A stretch of DNA of 58,479 nucleotides from Planctomycetota bacterium (GTDB lineage Bacteria > Planctomycetota > Planctomycetia > Pirellulales > Thermoguttaceae): assembly GCA_037147235.1 (NCBI GenBank), contig JBAWVO010000001.1:1-58479 (forward strand), given 5' to 3'. The notes beneath the pieces were generated by a model. That model saw nothing but the letters and a program-made list of their open reading frames with translations. It searched no databases and was not told the origin of the DNA. Below, in pieces: positions 36,801-44,824 of the stretch. The position numbers were made by a program, and so were the translations under genes. Position 1 is the first letter of the stretch. Each line of letters begins with the position of its first letter.

Positions 36801-39315
36801 GATTGCGGTAGACATCGACCTCGACTTTGGGCGTCTCGCCTACGAAGTCATACGTGCCCAAGAGCCGCATCGGCGGTTGCTTCACACCCCGATTTCCCGG
36901 CTGTTGTTGATTTGGATCAAGACTGACCGGGGTATATTTGGCGATAGCCAACTGTCCGACGTCGGCACGTCGCGCATCGGTCTTCACGTCCACGCCAAGT
37001 TCCAGATCGCCTTCAATCGCCACCAGGCCCGACTGGTAGATCACCGCATCGGCCTTCATGAGCGGCAGGCCAAAATCCTTTAACTCGATGACCTTGCCCT
37101 CACCCCCTGTCTCTTTCCCAGAGGGAGAGGGGAGTAAGTTGCCGACCGTCTGGGGACGCATCTCGAAATCGACCTCCAGGCGGACCTCGCCACGACGGGC
37201 TTCGTCCAAGAGCACGTTCCATCGCCGCATCGGTCCCGCCGGCTCGTGCGTGAATTCCTTGACCGTCACGCCGTCCATGCCGCGGATGGTAAGGGCCTCG
37301 GGGGTTGAAGCTGGAAGCAGAAGGGCCAATCGCCGCGTCTTCGCATCCTCGATCGTATAGAGAACGACATAATGGGCCTTGAGCACTTCCGGAACGATCT
37401 GGAAGAAGGCGAATGTCCGCGCGGTCGCGCGCGACTTCGTGCGATTGACGGCAATCGTCGCCTTGCCTCCGGCTGCTTCGTAGCGATAGGCCAGGTTCAT
37501 CGCCCCGCTGGCCATGCCGAAGCGAGCCATCTCCGCGGCAGTGATTGGCACGAGGCCTTTCACTTTGTCGGGCCGGACTTCCATATCTTCATCGGCCATC
37601 ACGGCCACGGCACCCTCGTCGCGCTGAGCATCGGCAACACGAAACATGGGAAACTCCAGCGATTGGCTCTTCCATGAGCTGAGCCAGCCCGGCGGCGTGT
37701 ACTCGGCGCGGAAACCGGCCACATAGATCTGCCCCGGGGCAATTCCTTGAGGCAGCTTGACATGCACGCGGCCCAGCCGTAGGTCAGGCTGGAAAGCCTG
37801 ACCTACCTTGTCGCTCGTATAACGATCGATGGTTAGCGGCGACTTGTCCTGGCCAGTGACCTCGATCACCTTCCATCCGGCGGGCACACTGAAGTCGAAG
37901 CCAAAACGCTTCTCGGCGGTGGGCAACAAGGCAAAACCACCCTGGACTTCGCACCCCTTGTCCTGAATGTTCAGCAGCAAATTCGTGGTCACGGCAAGTG
38001 TCGCGGGAACACGGCTGAAATCGGCCTTCAATTCATAGCCGCCTTGCGGGGCATAGTATGCGGCGATATAGCGCAGCGGGACCGCGCTGGGATCCGACCG
38101 CACAAGCGTTGCCGGCAACGCCGTAACGAGGACTGCCGTATCGACCGGGATCAGGTCGTTGGTGTTGAGTGATTCGGCCTTGAGTTCGTTCTGAACCAAG
38201 AGACCCAGGACCGTGACCTGGCCGACCACGTCCAGCAGTTCCAACCGCGGCATGTGCCACAGCTTCAACTGGCTGGGCGTCTTGATGGCGGCTATGGAAA
38301 GCACGACCGTGTCGGTCGTCTGCTCGCGGAGCCGCACATTCACGATCTTGTGGCCGCCCTCCGTCTCGATGTCCCAGCGGGCCAAGAGCGGCGAGTTGAT
38401 CTCGGTAACCTCAAACCCCTCGGGCACAACAAAGCGGAAGCGATCGACCGCTCGATGGAGAATCCAGAGTGTCACCGTGGCGTGGAGCTTCTCGTAGGCC
38501 TCGGTCACCTCATCAAACAACACGCACCGCGAGGCCACGGCCTGCTCGCGGCGTTGCAGGTGGCTGTTCAACGACATGAGGATGGTGCAGTCGCCGCTAC
38601 GGGGCAGCAGTTCAAAGCGAGTGACTTTGGCGGCCGCGTCCACCGCGCGAGAAACCACATCCGCCCCGCCTTTGATCTCGACATCGCCCGGCACCGTGAG
38701 CCGCCACCGGCCGACTGCGGCGTTGGTCAAGCGGAAACTCAGATACTGTTGGGCGGAGTTCATTTCGAGCGGAGCGACCATGTCAAGCACCAGCCGATGC
38801 CTGCCTTGGCCGGAGACCAAGAGATTTAGCCGTCCGTCGGCAGCATAACCCAAGGGCGCGGCCTGGTCGTCGAGCTTCGCCGCCAGAAGCCCCACACCGC
38901 TAAAATCGAGCGGAACCGCGTGCAGGCCGTCTTCAAGCACGTCAATGGCGATCACCCCTTGCAACTTCGCACGGCCGTCGTTGACCGTGATGTCGTAGTC
39001 GGAAGAGACGGTCACGGCCGGATGCGGAACGTGCGTTTCCGGGGCCTTCTTGGCTTTCTTGACCAGTTGGTCATATTCCTGCCGCGTCAAGAGTACGCGA
39101 TGCGGCCCACTCTCCAGCAGAACCTTCAGGTCGGAGATTGGAACGTAGATCTCGCGAGTTTTTTGCGGTTCGCTGGCAGGGGATCCAGCCTGTGCGGCGG
39201 CGGTTGCCCACCAAGCGAGTACAGTCATAAGTGCCAGCACCCGAGGAAAATACCACAATCGGTCGGATTGGTCGGATCGGTCCGATTGTGTCGTAATGCT
39301 ATACTGCTTACTCAT
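30802..39315 (-). CDS. Giant (about 2837 aa) membrane-anchored envelope protein made of two fused modules; function unknown
   Basis: I prefer the start MSKQYS at 39315, with GGAGG 8 nt upstream and an 8-nt overlap with the upstream gene. Module 1 has signal-like VLALMTVLAWWATAAAQA, motif EIYVPISDLKVLL...VLLTRQEYDQLVKKAK, a beta-rich body and a TM cluster. Module 2 has AVTTALVLALTLLLSATAQAQP, motif IIVPYDVKS...LMVPYDRYVELWNQAY and two autotransporter-associated beta-strand (PATR)-like repeats. It ends in a G/Q-rich tract and a C-terminal TM cluster. Confidence 0.85.
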   Translation of the reverse strand: MSKQYSITTQSDRSDQSDRLWYFPRVLALMTVLAWWATAAAQAGSPASEPQKTREIYVPISDLKVLLESGPHRVLLTRQEYDQLVKKAKKAPETHVPHPAVTVSSDYDITVNDGRAKLQGVIAIDVLEDGLHAVPLDFSGVGLLAAKLDDQAAPLGYAADGRLNLLVSGQGRHRLVLDMVAPLEMNSAQQYLSFRLTNAAVGRWRLTVPGDVEIKGGADVVSRAVDAAAKVTRFELLPRSGDCTILMSLNSHLQRREQAVASRCVLFDEVTEAYEKLHATVTLWILHRAVDRFRFVVPEGFEVTEINSPLLARWDIETEGGHKIVNVRLREQTTDTVVLSIAAIKTPSQLKLWHMPRLELLDVVGQVTVLGLLVQNELKAESLNTNDLIPVDTAVLVTALPATLVRSDPSAVPLRYIAAYYAPQGGYELKADFSRVPATLAVTTNLLLNIQDKGCEVQGGFALLPTAEKRFGFDFSVPAGWKVIEVTGQDKSPLTIDRYTSDKVGQAFQPDLRLGRVHVKLPQGIAPGQIYVAGFRAEYTPPGWLSSWKSQSLEFPMFRVADAQRDEGAVAVMADEDMEVRPDKVKGLVPITAAEMARFGMASGAMNLAYRYEAAGGKATIAVNRTKSRATARTFAFFQIVPEVLKAHYVVLYTIEDAKTRRLALLLPASTPEALTIRGMDGVTVKEFTHEPAGPMRRWNVLLDEARRGEVRLEVDFEMRPQTVGNLLPSPSGKETGGEGKVIELKDFGLPLMKADAVIYQSGLVAIEGDLELGVDVKTDARRADVGQLAIAKYTPVSLDPNQQQPGNRGVKQPPMRLLGTYDFVGETPKVEVDVYRNPSYALTPAIVQQAKLTTLLSADGTSQTQATFQLRTKAPYLEVELPEKASLWSAVLDGAPLKPQKRGGIRLIGLPPGSTGAARSLQLVYEVPVQAVTNGGRLNLTAPRLLYRTSQAAKQSTEIPLVNIEWTVTVPDGYDVVATDGTLEAKQIKRPMPAPMAVAGALYVLGGGVHSSSFVMMGGEAKSASCKNELRQFGMASTTVATPKPDVSHRKPGFYRGEADEEKAAAQNGEGGKPEGRDGEEKKDAVRDIPPPNVDKEKVLHLPQAPTLDEAPKADISAPPPPATEASPAPAAPRGPAADRDDPFGNDAFIPAPAAYPATPDVVSIIPPPDAKPESGKVPQGGWGESSYSISKPTYKQDKFLGVRSLKIDVEQSGMDEQLLSFSSLGANPQIGITLARRTRTEALVWGVALAVFVLGVALTRRPVRQKAALVLGLALAAALIPLAWDTVSMANLCNGVFYAASLLVPYYLAAGLVRWFLQGLRGLAGRIGSPTAVTTALVLALTLLLSATAQAQPQPAALEPPVAVPSDAIIVPYDVKSKTGLQDADHLMVPYDRYVELWNQAYPDKKIDAHPAPLPYTLSGVAYSAVLEGEETLNLTGQMQINVLAEGYISIPLGLRGGVLARADLDGKPARLKVVAAASESAKPSKGGKAAAMDATLLVLQVSGKGTHKLELEVRLKLGHVGGWRGTSGSLPTAPAAMVTFRVPQPQTEVRLGQAIDRRIHDTQRPDENLETALGPGGALQLQWRPKVAEAQVDRGLTVQTASLLDVQEDGLRMALHIKLEFRRGQRDAFTLSLPADYLVEKVVGSNVRGWEVRRVANEQTIEVSLLKTAKDTEQFNLFLSRSGKVGHAPLDTFAVPMVTVRDAALSSGQLTIRRSSLLDVRTTERSGVTRVDLGVLPDLSGGPATEESVLAIRPYEAYHFPTTPFVLRLSVAPTVAEVTAEAQTSVKLDPTEPSLESKITFHVGQRRIYRFEVALPNDLRLPEVTLPSPGIWSIEKQEPQKGVPSLPLSEGRSILKIQLQQGALGDSAVILRGKLARRAGFSPPHQALDAQQEISLPRLEVLGVKRQEGYIAVQADPAFNVQARDLRDCQETELQRVAAWLDPQLRAATRLALHYASGGYAGKLRLVPRTPEVVCDTITNIRITDRAIEETIFLNYNIRNAGIHELSFLLPASMADARISTPMLRRKTVAPVDPKAADSPLRVQIELQGDAMNDLRVLVENDRLLTPGSHLAPLPSFQAAAGGTTGFVRHQYAVLQTTNRDELVVEPLNGLEVLSRQQQQWQTLSELLGTKRLYQAYLLQPGAVQPRLSFHLQRHEEVETSGARIDLAQTTIVVDANGAYRAKVELSLDNSSEQFLDVELPEGATLWTVHVAGEPVKPGQVPGAKDARHVLLPVRKTAKGDLNYLVVLKYGGKMPPLSVMSSMQFPLVRNVKSGRTSELGRQGNIGIEQSQLEIYVPKSHQWFAFDGTMHPTADEADLKAGRLAAFNKQGQRLIEATHDKDPFTRVRAAENLKNWVTEAEKSQDVTGRVGNQALQSQLSANSSTAQQAKDLLKSSPGGEQQGDETTVDNRERLNDLYQKQDVVNAKGSLNLAGNNSYSGGTTINAGALNAGALAVQNSTDFNGNWITRNNLNNDVAVAQQPSQANEPPTGGKPTSPYSQQDDAQYFPPGMQTGLVKQGAGNLTLSRANTYSGQTVFNGGVLQTANPNLANGRINLNTAEQFGGQGNFGNANPFSNSRGGFGGGGASGGGAQAGKMQEQAQPQMPNAQSPGQQLYGRRSGTRDDQKRELGEYQQKLSVANNLNQPQAQSVDRANQPSGGAVMGMGMGMSTSPASAPVVPPSGYPSGSTMTEESRKQEWAVNPGHATAAPAAPTAPAGLASLDFELPTDKSLYELHRFTTPRGEAELTARTISNHMLAKLGLLAGIAAACLLIWAASWLIRRGALAWFRRPAGAALLAIAGLIALCGGMLPVVGLIAMLTGIGLLVAHLWRRRMVA
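37096..37134. repeat. REP-like GC hairpin element translated in frame inside the giant gene
   Basis: The coding strand ctcccctctccctctgggaaagagacagggggtgagggc encodes LPSPSGKETGGEG. It resembles ctcccctctcccttcgggagaggggcagggggggagagc at 57167-57205. Confidence 0.5.
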
Positions 39316-42300
39316 GGCTCGCACCTCCATTTTTCGCCGCAGGGGGTGAAGCTATCTCTTTTCGGCTTGCGACCCATGCAGACCCCGTTGTACCAAACGC
39401 CGTAACCAGAGCCATCAGCGGCCGATAGAGCCGGAACATTCCCACGATCGACCAGAGCAGTAGCACGATGGCCACGGCCGCGAACAACGGCCCGCCTAGA
39501 ACGTGCAGTGAGAACTTCGGCCAGAAGACACCCAGCAGCACCAAGGCGACGACAAACACGCCCACGGCGATTACGCGACGCGCCAAGCTCGTTCGCACCA
39601 GTACGACACCACCAAGCACCACCACGCCGAAAATCCAGGCGTTGAGCGTCTGATGGTCGAGCGTCCATAGCCTGACGTTACTCTGGGCATCCGGTCGCAG
39701 CGTGGAGAAGATCAGCGGTACGCCGTCGAAATGGAAGGTTTTAGCGGCACCCAAAGCACCGCTATTCCCTTCGCAAACCCACTCCACCTTCTTTTCATGC
39801 GTTTCTGAGTTGAAGGGCATCCAGCGGTCTTGATATCCATAGCGCCACTGAAAATCCTCGGCCCACGATCCGGCAGTACCCACGACATCTTGCGTGGGAG
39901 GCACGAAAGCGCACAGGTAAACCTTTTGCACCGCCGTATCTTCCGAAAACGTCGGCAGCAAGAGAGTTCGCCCACTCTTGACCGTATAGCGGATCTCCAG
40001 CACAAATGGCTCGTCGGCGTTTGCGCTCAACAGGGGCACGACGAGCGCGTCGCCCTCGCCTTTCCGCAAGGTTACCAGTTGGCCGTTGATCCGCACCGGG
40101 TCGCTGTCAGGGGCGGCATCCGTCGGCAATTGCACGGCCAGCCAGGGGCGAACGCTGCGAATACGGTAGACAGCCTGTACGGCGGTCTCGCCTGCCGGCG
40201 TGAGCACCATGCGGCAGACGGCCCGATCGATGCTGGTCCGCTTCACCTCTTCCAGTTCGTAGCGAGTTACCTTGACCGGCAGCGTCCATTCGTCGTAGAA
40301 CTCGAAGGCTCGCGCGGCTCCGCCCACGGGAGTCGTCAGATCGCGCTGCGGGTCGATGGGCCGCAGGCCCTTGATATCTTCGGCCTCCTGGAAATCGAGC
40401 GTTTCCGCCTTGGTTAACACGATCTGGCCAAAGGCCCGATCAACGTCGCGGGGAACAAGCCTCGGCACGGCCACTTCCAGCGACTTGCCCACCTCGAGCT
40501 TGTCGAGCTTCTTCTCCCACACCAAATCGATCTGCCCTTCACCCAGCAGTTCACCTTCACCCGTCAGACTCCATGCGACCATGTTCTTGTCTAGGTCGGC
40601 GGGAGGCGGGTCGAGGGTCTTCTCGTGAATGCCGGCGGTGGTGTTGCGGAGCAGTGGGGCCACGTCGGCCGGAACGTCGATACGGAGCGATTTCACGCCG
40701 CTGAAATGGATCGAGTAATAAAAGGTTGCCTGGTACTTGATGACCCCCTCGTCAATTCGCGCCACGAGCAACTGGCGGATCGTAACTTGCGGCTTGCGCC
40801 GCTCGGCCGTCAGGCGGAGTACAACCGGCTCCTGAGTAAACGTAAAGGCCAGCACGGGACGAATCGCAGAAACGCTGGCTGGCGACCGCTCCACGGCAAT
40901 GCCTTCCGTCGCCTCTTGGTACGACACGGGCCGCAAACCATCGGCCTTGGCTGGGCTAACCCGTAGACTCTCGGGGGCATGTACGATCAGCCTTCCGGAC
41001 GCGTGCTCGACCGTTGTCTTGGTTGGTTGCGGCAGCGGCAAGTCGATCTCGGCCGACTTACCCGTGGGCGTCAGCAAGTTGGCCTCGTGCAGATCGCGCT
41101 GCAACTGCACCCGCAAACCGACGCGTCCCAGGGCCTTGCGAGCCAAATTCACGATAAGATGGTTCTTTTTTTCGCCCTCGACATGAAACGAATCGATCTC
41201 GGCTGCCGAGGAGGAGGCCGCGGGCGTTGTCCCGGGCACCGCGGGCACAGCCACCGGCTTGCCAATGACGCTGCGAACTTCAAAACCCTCCGGCACGTCG
41301 AGCTCCAGCTTGAAGATGCCAGCCCGCTCGATGGTATAAACGGCCGTCAGATTGAGCGTGAGCTTTTCCGGCTCCAACTGGACATCGACCAGCGAATCGA
41401 CGGTGATCCGCGGCGCGACTTCCTCAACGGCCAGTTCCAACTCGAACGGCACCGAGGCATAGCGATAGGCGAAGGTCCAAACGGCCGAACGGAGCGTCGG
41501 CGGAAGCTCGTTGGCATCGACCTGCAACAGGCCGCTGGTCTTGGTCGCCTCAGCACGCAGGCCCGAGCCGACCTGGGCCACAACGAAACCTTGCTGGCGG
41601 CCGACATTGAGGGCCTTGACCACGGGCAGCTTGAGCGACTCAACCCGTTTCTGGCCGGCAATTTTCTCCAACTCGACGACCACCGACTGCGCGGTCTTGG
41701 CCGGCTCGAACAACTGCGCCGTAATCTTCTGTACGGTTGAGCCAGCGGCTGGCGGTTCGACCGACCACTGCCGCACGTTGGGATCAAAGACATTGACCAC
41801 CTTGAAATCGGCCGGGACTTCCAGGGCGATCTGGTTCAATTCCGCGCGGCTGATCGTGTAAGCCAAGGTCGTGCGAGTCCGCGCGATCCCTTCCTGGATC
41901 CATACCTGCTGCTCCGACTGCACGTTGGCCAATGCCGTAAGCCCCGTGGCGCCTTCGGACTTGGGCGTCCAGTCGATCCGCACTTCGGGTGCAGCACCGA
42001 CAAAGGCTAGGATGACCGTCTCGTCCACCTTCTTCTCATTCGGGAGCGTAGGCGTCCCGCCTGCGTCCAGTTTCTTACTCGTAGCAACCGGCGGCACTTC
42101 CGTTGCGGCAATCAACGGATGCAGATTGACCTTCACACCCGCCTGCGGGATACGAACCTTCCAACGGCTCACCGCGGCCTGCGGGGCCTGGAACGATACG
42201 CAGTTTTGGCCCGGCGAGCGCGTGATCGCCCGGGCATATTCCAGAACCAATTCGATCTGCTCCGGCTGCTTTCCCTTCTTTTCGATCAACAAGCGATGGT

Positions 42301-42805
42301 CTTCATGGGTGTCCCCCAGTATCCGTGCCGGTTCGTTCTTGATCGTCGCACGGACGATGGCCGCATCGGCCAGCCGCAACGGCACCTCATGCCATCCTTC
42401 GGCGAGCAGATCGATCTTCAGATGGGCGGTGACTTGCACAACGTCCTTGGCCACCACGGCCTCGTTTTCGATTTCGGTAATCATCGCGCCCATTGGCGGG
42501 CGAGGTTCGGCTGCCGGACGGGTTTTGTCCTGGGCCGCTTTCCAAAGCTCATCGAACTTCTCGTAGGGCAGGAATACGCCGCGGCCATGCTTCTCGAAAA
42601 CGCCGCGAAGCTTTTCGTAGGGGATGTAGATCTCCTGCTCGCGAAGCGAGCGGTCGGCCTTGGCGTCAGCATCGGCCGCCGTAACAGGGGCCGGTTTTGC
42701 CGCCTCGCCTTTGCCGTCCGCGGCCACGGCCGGAGATAAGGCAGGGAAAGAAGCAAACGCCACAATGGCGAATGCACAAACCAACGAACGAAAAATGAGC
42801 GCCAT
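39308..42805 (-). CDS. 1165-aa membrane-anchored envelope protein, paralogous to each module of the downstream giant gene
   Basis: I prefer the start MALIFRSLVCAFAIVAFASFPALSPAVAA (ATG at 42805, with GAGGA 7 nt upstream). It has motif EIYIPYEKLRGVF...VFLPYEKFDELWKAAQ. Recurrent blocks have the form ...ELDVPEGFEVRSV... and ...LRIDVPADVAPLL... The C-terminus carries 3-4 TM helices (AWIFGVVVLGGVVLV, VIAVGVFVVALVLLGVFW, LFAAVAIVLLLWSIVGMF). Confidence 0.85.
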   Translation of the reverse strand: MALIFRSLVCAFAIVAFASFPALSPAVAADGKGEAAKPAPVTAADADAKADRSLREQEIYIPYEKLRGVFEKHGRGVFLPYEKFDELWKAAQDKTRPAAEPRPPMGAMITEIENEAVVAKDVVQVTAHLKIDLLAEGWHEVPLRLADAAIVRATIKNEPARILGDTHEDHRLLIEKKGKQPEQIELVLEYARAITRSPGQNCVSFQAPQAAVSRWKVRIPQAGVKVNLHPLIAATEVPPVATSKKLDAGGTPTLPNEKKVDETVILAFVGAAPEVRIDWTPKSEGATGLTALANVQSEQQVWIQEGIARTRTTLAYTISRAELNQIALEVPADFKVVNVFDPNVRQWSVEPPAAGSTVQKITAQLFEPAKTAQSVVVELEKIAGQKRVESLKLPVVKALNVGRQQGFVVAQVGSGLRAEATKTSGLLQVDANELPPTLRSAVWTFAYRYASVPFELELAVEEVAPRITVDSLVDVQLEPEKLTLNLTAVYTIERAGIFKLELDVPEGFEVRSVIGKPVAVPAVPGTTPAASSSAAEIDSFHVEGEKKNHLIVNLARKALGRVGLRVQLQRDLHEANLLTPTGKSAEIDLPLPQPTKTTVEHASGRLIVHAPESLRVSPAKADGLRPVSYQEATEGIAVERSPASVSAIRPVLAFTFTQEPVVLRLTAERRKPQVTIRQLLVARIDEGVIKYQATFYYSIHFSGVKSLRIDVPADVAPLLRNTTAGIHEKTLDPPPADLDKNMVAWSLTGEGELLGEGQIDLVWEKKLDKLEVGKSLEVAVPRLVPRDVDRAFGQIVLTKAETLDFQEAEDIKGLRPIDPQRDLTTPVGGAARAFEFYDEWTLPVKVTRYELEEVKRTSIDRAVCRMVLTPAGETAVQAVYRIRSVRPWLAVQLPTDAAPDSDPVRINGQLVTLRKGEGDALVVPLLSANADEPFVLEIRYTVKSGRTLLLPTFSEDTAVQKVYLCAFVPPTQDVVGTAGSWAEDFQWRYGYQDRWMPFNSETHEKKVEWVCEGNSGALGAAKTFHFDGVPLIFSTLRPDAQSNVRLWTLDHQTLNAWIFGVVVLGGVVLVRTSLARRVIAVGVFVVALVLLGVFWPKFSLHVLGGPLFAAVAIVLLLWSIVGMFRLYRPLMALVTAFGTTGSAWVASRKEIASPPAAKNGGASHE

Positions 42806-43042
42806 AATAGTTCCTCGCAATGCGAAAAGATGGATGTTCCAGTCGATTTCCAGGGCCGACATACCGCTGCGGAGGTAAGAACCCACACCGCAGCAGAGTA
42901 AGGTTTGGGGTCGTGCCACAAACTTATACTATACTACCTTACGGGTTCGACGTATGGGAGGTGGGAGAAGTTCCGGGAAAATCGGAGAGTGGTGGAGGAA
43001 TGTGGCATCCACCGAATTCGGGGCATATTCACAGCATAGGAA

Positions 43043-43396
43043 CTAACCTCGGCATCCCGAAGTTGCCAAGACCTTGACGGTTCCACGGTGCCCGCCGCGC
43101 GTGCTTCCCGGACGGAGAACAATATCCACATCCACCGCCAAGGCATTGAGGAGTTCCAGCAACCGCTCCACGGAAAAACCCGAAAACCGGCCGTTCATAA
43201 GCTTGGACACGTCAGGCTGCTTTAGTCTAAGTGCTTTCGCTGCCTTGATCTGCGACAGTCCGAGGACTTTTATCCGCTGATAGAGCTGGCGAGTAAGTTC
43301 CGCCTTCGTTTGCAGATCATCTGCATTCGGAAGGTCGAGATCGGCAAAAACATTGTCGCTGCCCTCCACGACCAGAATCTTATTGATCAGTTTCAT
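43043..43396 (-). CDS. XRE-family HTH antitoxin (HigA-like)
   Basis: MKLINKILVVEGSDNVFADLDLPNADDLQTKAELTRQLYQRIKVLGLSQIKAAKALRLKQPDVSKLMNGRFSGFSVERLLELLNAL matches the HigA/XRE pattern. ATG at 43396. Confidence 0.75.
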   Translation of the reverse strand: MKLINKILVVEGSDNVFADLDLPNADDLQTKAELTRQLYQRIKVLGLSQIKAAKALRLKQPDVSKLMNGRFSGFSVERLLELLNALAVDVDIVLRPGSTRGGHRGTVKVLATSGCRG

Positions 43397-43495
43397 TCGA
43401 CACTTCCTCGCTCTATCTCTACGCGCCCCGGCAGGGAAACATCGCAAGTCGTCTCTGGCAGTTCCCACCCAACGGACGGGCTTGATATCGGACAC
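43397..43495 (-). pseudogene. N-terminal remnant of a HigB/Gp49-like (RelE/ParE superfamily) toxin, fused in frame to the antitoxin
   Basis: The GTG at 43495 gives VSDIKPVRWVGTARDDLRCFPAGARRD, the typical toxin N-terminus (KP..W.G....DL..FP...R). It then reads RARKCR and runs straight into the antitoxin ATG. About 70-80 toxin codons are absent. Confidence 0.45.
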
Positions 43496-43510
43496 GATCA
43501 CCCCCCAAAC

Positions 43511-43546
43511 TATAGTAAATCTACTATATCCGAGGCCCCTCGTCAA
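43511..43546 (-). promoter_or_regulatory. Sigma70-like promoter TTGACG-17-TAGATT overlapped by palindrome TATAGTA-N4-TACTATA (candidate TA operator)
   Basis: On the minus strand, TTGACG is at 43546-43541 and TAGATT at 43523-43518. The perfect 7-bp inverted repeat spans 43511-43528, upstream of the GTG at 43495. Confidence 0.45.
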
Positions 43547-43690
43547 TGCGAAACAATCATAGGACTGTGCTTTTCAATTGGACTCCATTGTACATTGTGG
43601 TCGTCGGGCCTGATTACATCCAAGGAAAAAACTCTTCCATGTCAGCAGATTGCGCAACAATCCAGACGCGGCGGGGATGCCCCTCCCTCC

Positions 43691-44824
43691 TCACTCACTC
43701 CCCTTCAGCTTTACCTGCGGCAATTCCTTCCAACGGATCGACTCATAATGCTCGATGCGCCCCTTGGGTGCTCGCGTGACCATGGCGGCCATGCCCGGTA
43801 TTTCATCGATAAGCTTCAAACCCATTTTTGGACCTAACACGCCGACGGCCTTGCTGATGGCATCGGCGGCCATGCCGGTGGGGGCGACGACCATCACGCG
43901 GCAATGGTCGGTTAGTGCCATGCCGGTCCGCGAATCGATGATGTGGGAATAACGCTTGCCGGCAATCTCGACGTATTGAACTACGTCGCCCGACGTAGAA
44001 ACCGCCACGCGGGAAAGTTCGAGATAGCTCAGCGGTTCGCCCTGCGGATTCCCCAGCGGCGGGATGCCGACCCGCCAACCGGTACGGCCCGGCGGTGGAT
44101 CGCCCAACCGCACGTCGCCACCCGCTTCCACCAAGGCTTGGGGGATGCCGTGCCGCTGGAGTACGGCCAATGCCTCGTCCATGACATAGCCCTTGGCAAT
44201 TCCGCCCAAGTCGATCCGCATCCCTTTCTTGAGCAGTTCGACCGTCTGGTGCTTGGCATCCAGCTTGATCAACTTGTAACCCACCAGTTCTTGCGCTTGC
44301 CGCAGGGCCTGGGGCGAGGGAAGTTCCTTCTGCCGCCGCGCCCGCCGCCAGAGTCGCACCACCGGGCCAACGGTCACATCGAACGCCCCTCCACTCTGCC
44401 GGGAAACCTGCTGGGCATGTTCTAAAACTTTCCACAATTCGGGGCTGACTCGCACGGGCTTCCCCTCCCCAGCGGTATCGCAGAGCCGCCGCAACTCACT
44501 TTCCGGGTCATAATCGCTGAGGATGCCGTTGAGGGCGTGGACCCGGGAAAAAGCATCTTTGGCCGCCGCAGTTGCGGCATCTGCGTCGGGAGAATATAAT
44601 ACAATCTTGACCGTAACGGCCATTTCGATCTGAGTGAACTCCAAACGGCGGAGTGCCGGTTGGCCCGTCGCCGGTTCGCCCATGGCCGCAGCCGACATTT
44701 CCACCCCCACCAGCAACACCATTCCAACGACTCGACCCAGCAGCGTTTTTTCCCACCCAATCGTTTGGGCCGAGCGTCCTCTGATTTCGACTTTTTCCAT
44801 AGCAGCAGCCCTTGAGGTTTCCAT
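43691..44824 (-). CDS. apbE: FAD:protein FMN transferase (ApbE family)
   Basis: ApbE-like blocks are SDYDPESELRRLC, GGAFDVTVGPV, IDLGGIAKGY and STSGD. The start is uncertain (44824 or the downstream MEKVE). Confidence 0.8.
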   Translation of the reverse strand: METSRAAAMEKVEIRGRSAQTIGWEKTLLGRVVGMVLLVGVEMSAAAMGEPATGQPALRRLEFTQIEMAVTVKIVLYSPDADAATAAAKDAFSRVHALNGILSDYDPESELRRLCDTAGEGKPVRVSPELWKVLEHAQQVSRQSGGAFDVTVGPVVRLWRRARRQKELPSPQALRQAQELVGYKLIKLDAKHQTVELLKKGMRIDLGGIAKGYVMDEALAVLQRHGIPQALVEAGGDVRLGDPPPGRTGWRVGIPPLGNPQGEPLSYLELSRVAVSTSGDVVQYVEIAGKRYSHIIDSRTGMALTDHCRVMVVAPTGMAADAISKAVGVLGPKMGLKLIDEIPGMAAMVTRAPKGRIEHYESIRWKELPQVKLKGSE

